A stretch of 64,000 bases of DNA from Dipteris shenzhenensis. Taxonomy: Eukaryota. The translations under genes and the position numbers were made by a program. The notes below the pieces were generated by a model that searched no databases, was not told the origin of the DNA, and was given only the letters and a program-made list of their open reading frames with translations. Positions 63,238 through 64,000 of the stretch are shown here, one piece after another; position 1 is the stretch's first letter, and the number at the start of each line of letters is the position of its first letter. The DNA lies in assembly GCA_047967505.1 (NCBI GenBank), contig CM106538.1. One strand, written 5' to 3'.

Positions 63238-63971
63238 ATGGCTACCATCTTGAATATGGATAAGTTCAATGGTAAAGGCTTTCACACATGGCAGATGAAG
63301 GTTAAGTTCAAAGCATTAATGAGGGAAAACCTCTGGGGGCTTGTCAAACCTGCTTCAACTACTTCTTCAACAGCCTCTAATGCTGGAGAATCCTTAGCTC
63401 CGACACATTTGGTAAGAGATCCTGCTAGAGAGGAGAAAGCCTATGGCATCATTGCTCTTGGCTTAGGAGATGACTATATTCATCACATTTCTAATTTAGA
63501 GTCTCCTTCTGAAGCTTAGCAGAAGCTTGACATTATTTTTGGTGCTAGCTCTCACATCTCAAAATTGTCACCGAATTAAAGATGGCTAGTGGCACTCCTT
63601 TGGCTGCCCATGTCAATTATATGCGGAGTCTCATGACTCAACTTGCTTCTATCAACTCTCCAATCACTATAGATGATGCAATGAAAGTGTTGCTCAAAAG
63701 TATGCCTGAAGATTATGATCATGTTGTTACCACTTTGAAAAATCTTCCTAATCCTACTCTTGAAGGTCTTATTACTGCTCTTCAAGAAGAAGAAAGGCAC
63801 ATGGAACTCCGGAGAGGCAAAGACATAGCCTATGCCATAAAAACTCAAAAGGGGAAGTTTTCACCTTGCAAACATTGCGGGAAGACTAATCACCTCTCAA
63901 AAGATTGCTTCAAGATCAATCCTTGCAAACATTGTGGCAAAAACAATCGCCATGAAAAGTATTGTGCATGA
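63238..63971 (+). pseudogene. gag: Copia gag (UBN2-type) with two CCHC zinc knuckles
   Basis: Motifs DKFNGKGFHTWQMKVK, VLLKSMPEDYD, CKHCGKTNHLSKDC and CKHCGKNNRHEKYC. Stop at 63517 and a frameshift. Confidence 0.9.
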
Positions 63972-64000
63972 GCATATGCTCATATGCTTATACATAAACA

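Overview
This is eukaryotic, land-plant-like repetitive DNA (GT-AG introns, TTTAGGG-type telomere motifs, Met-tRNA-primed Copia element, heavy C>T/G>A decay). No intact host gene is evident. Almost the whole window is a nest of decayed transposons whose insertion order can be read from target-site duplications (TSDs). An old hAT element G (~12.2-60.2 kb) contains a related hAT element F (13138-35009, 8-bp TSD). F's transposase is split by a CACTA element A (15773-32727, TTT TSD, internally rearranged), and A's transposase is split by a CACAA-ended CACTA element C (24000-30881, AAA TSD). G also contains the most striking element: a ~12-kb DDD transposon with Sola2-like transposase motifs, 29-bp GGG...CCC TIRs and 4-bp TSDs. 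It is present as two copies nested one inside the other (35271-59315 and 44843-57147). Each copy carries a convergent RING-H2 gene, a satellite with (CCCTAAA)n telomeric tracts and clusters of the palindrome ATACCTCGATCGAGGTAT. The window opens with a large fold-back CACTA derivative centred at 1679, contains three copies of an 8-bp-TSD MITE family, and ends in a Copia 5' LTR/PBS/gag. Family assignments come from motif recognition, not database searches, and most six-frame ORFs are spurious or pseudogene fragments.
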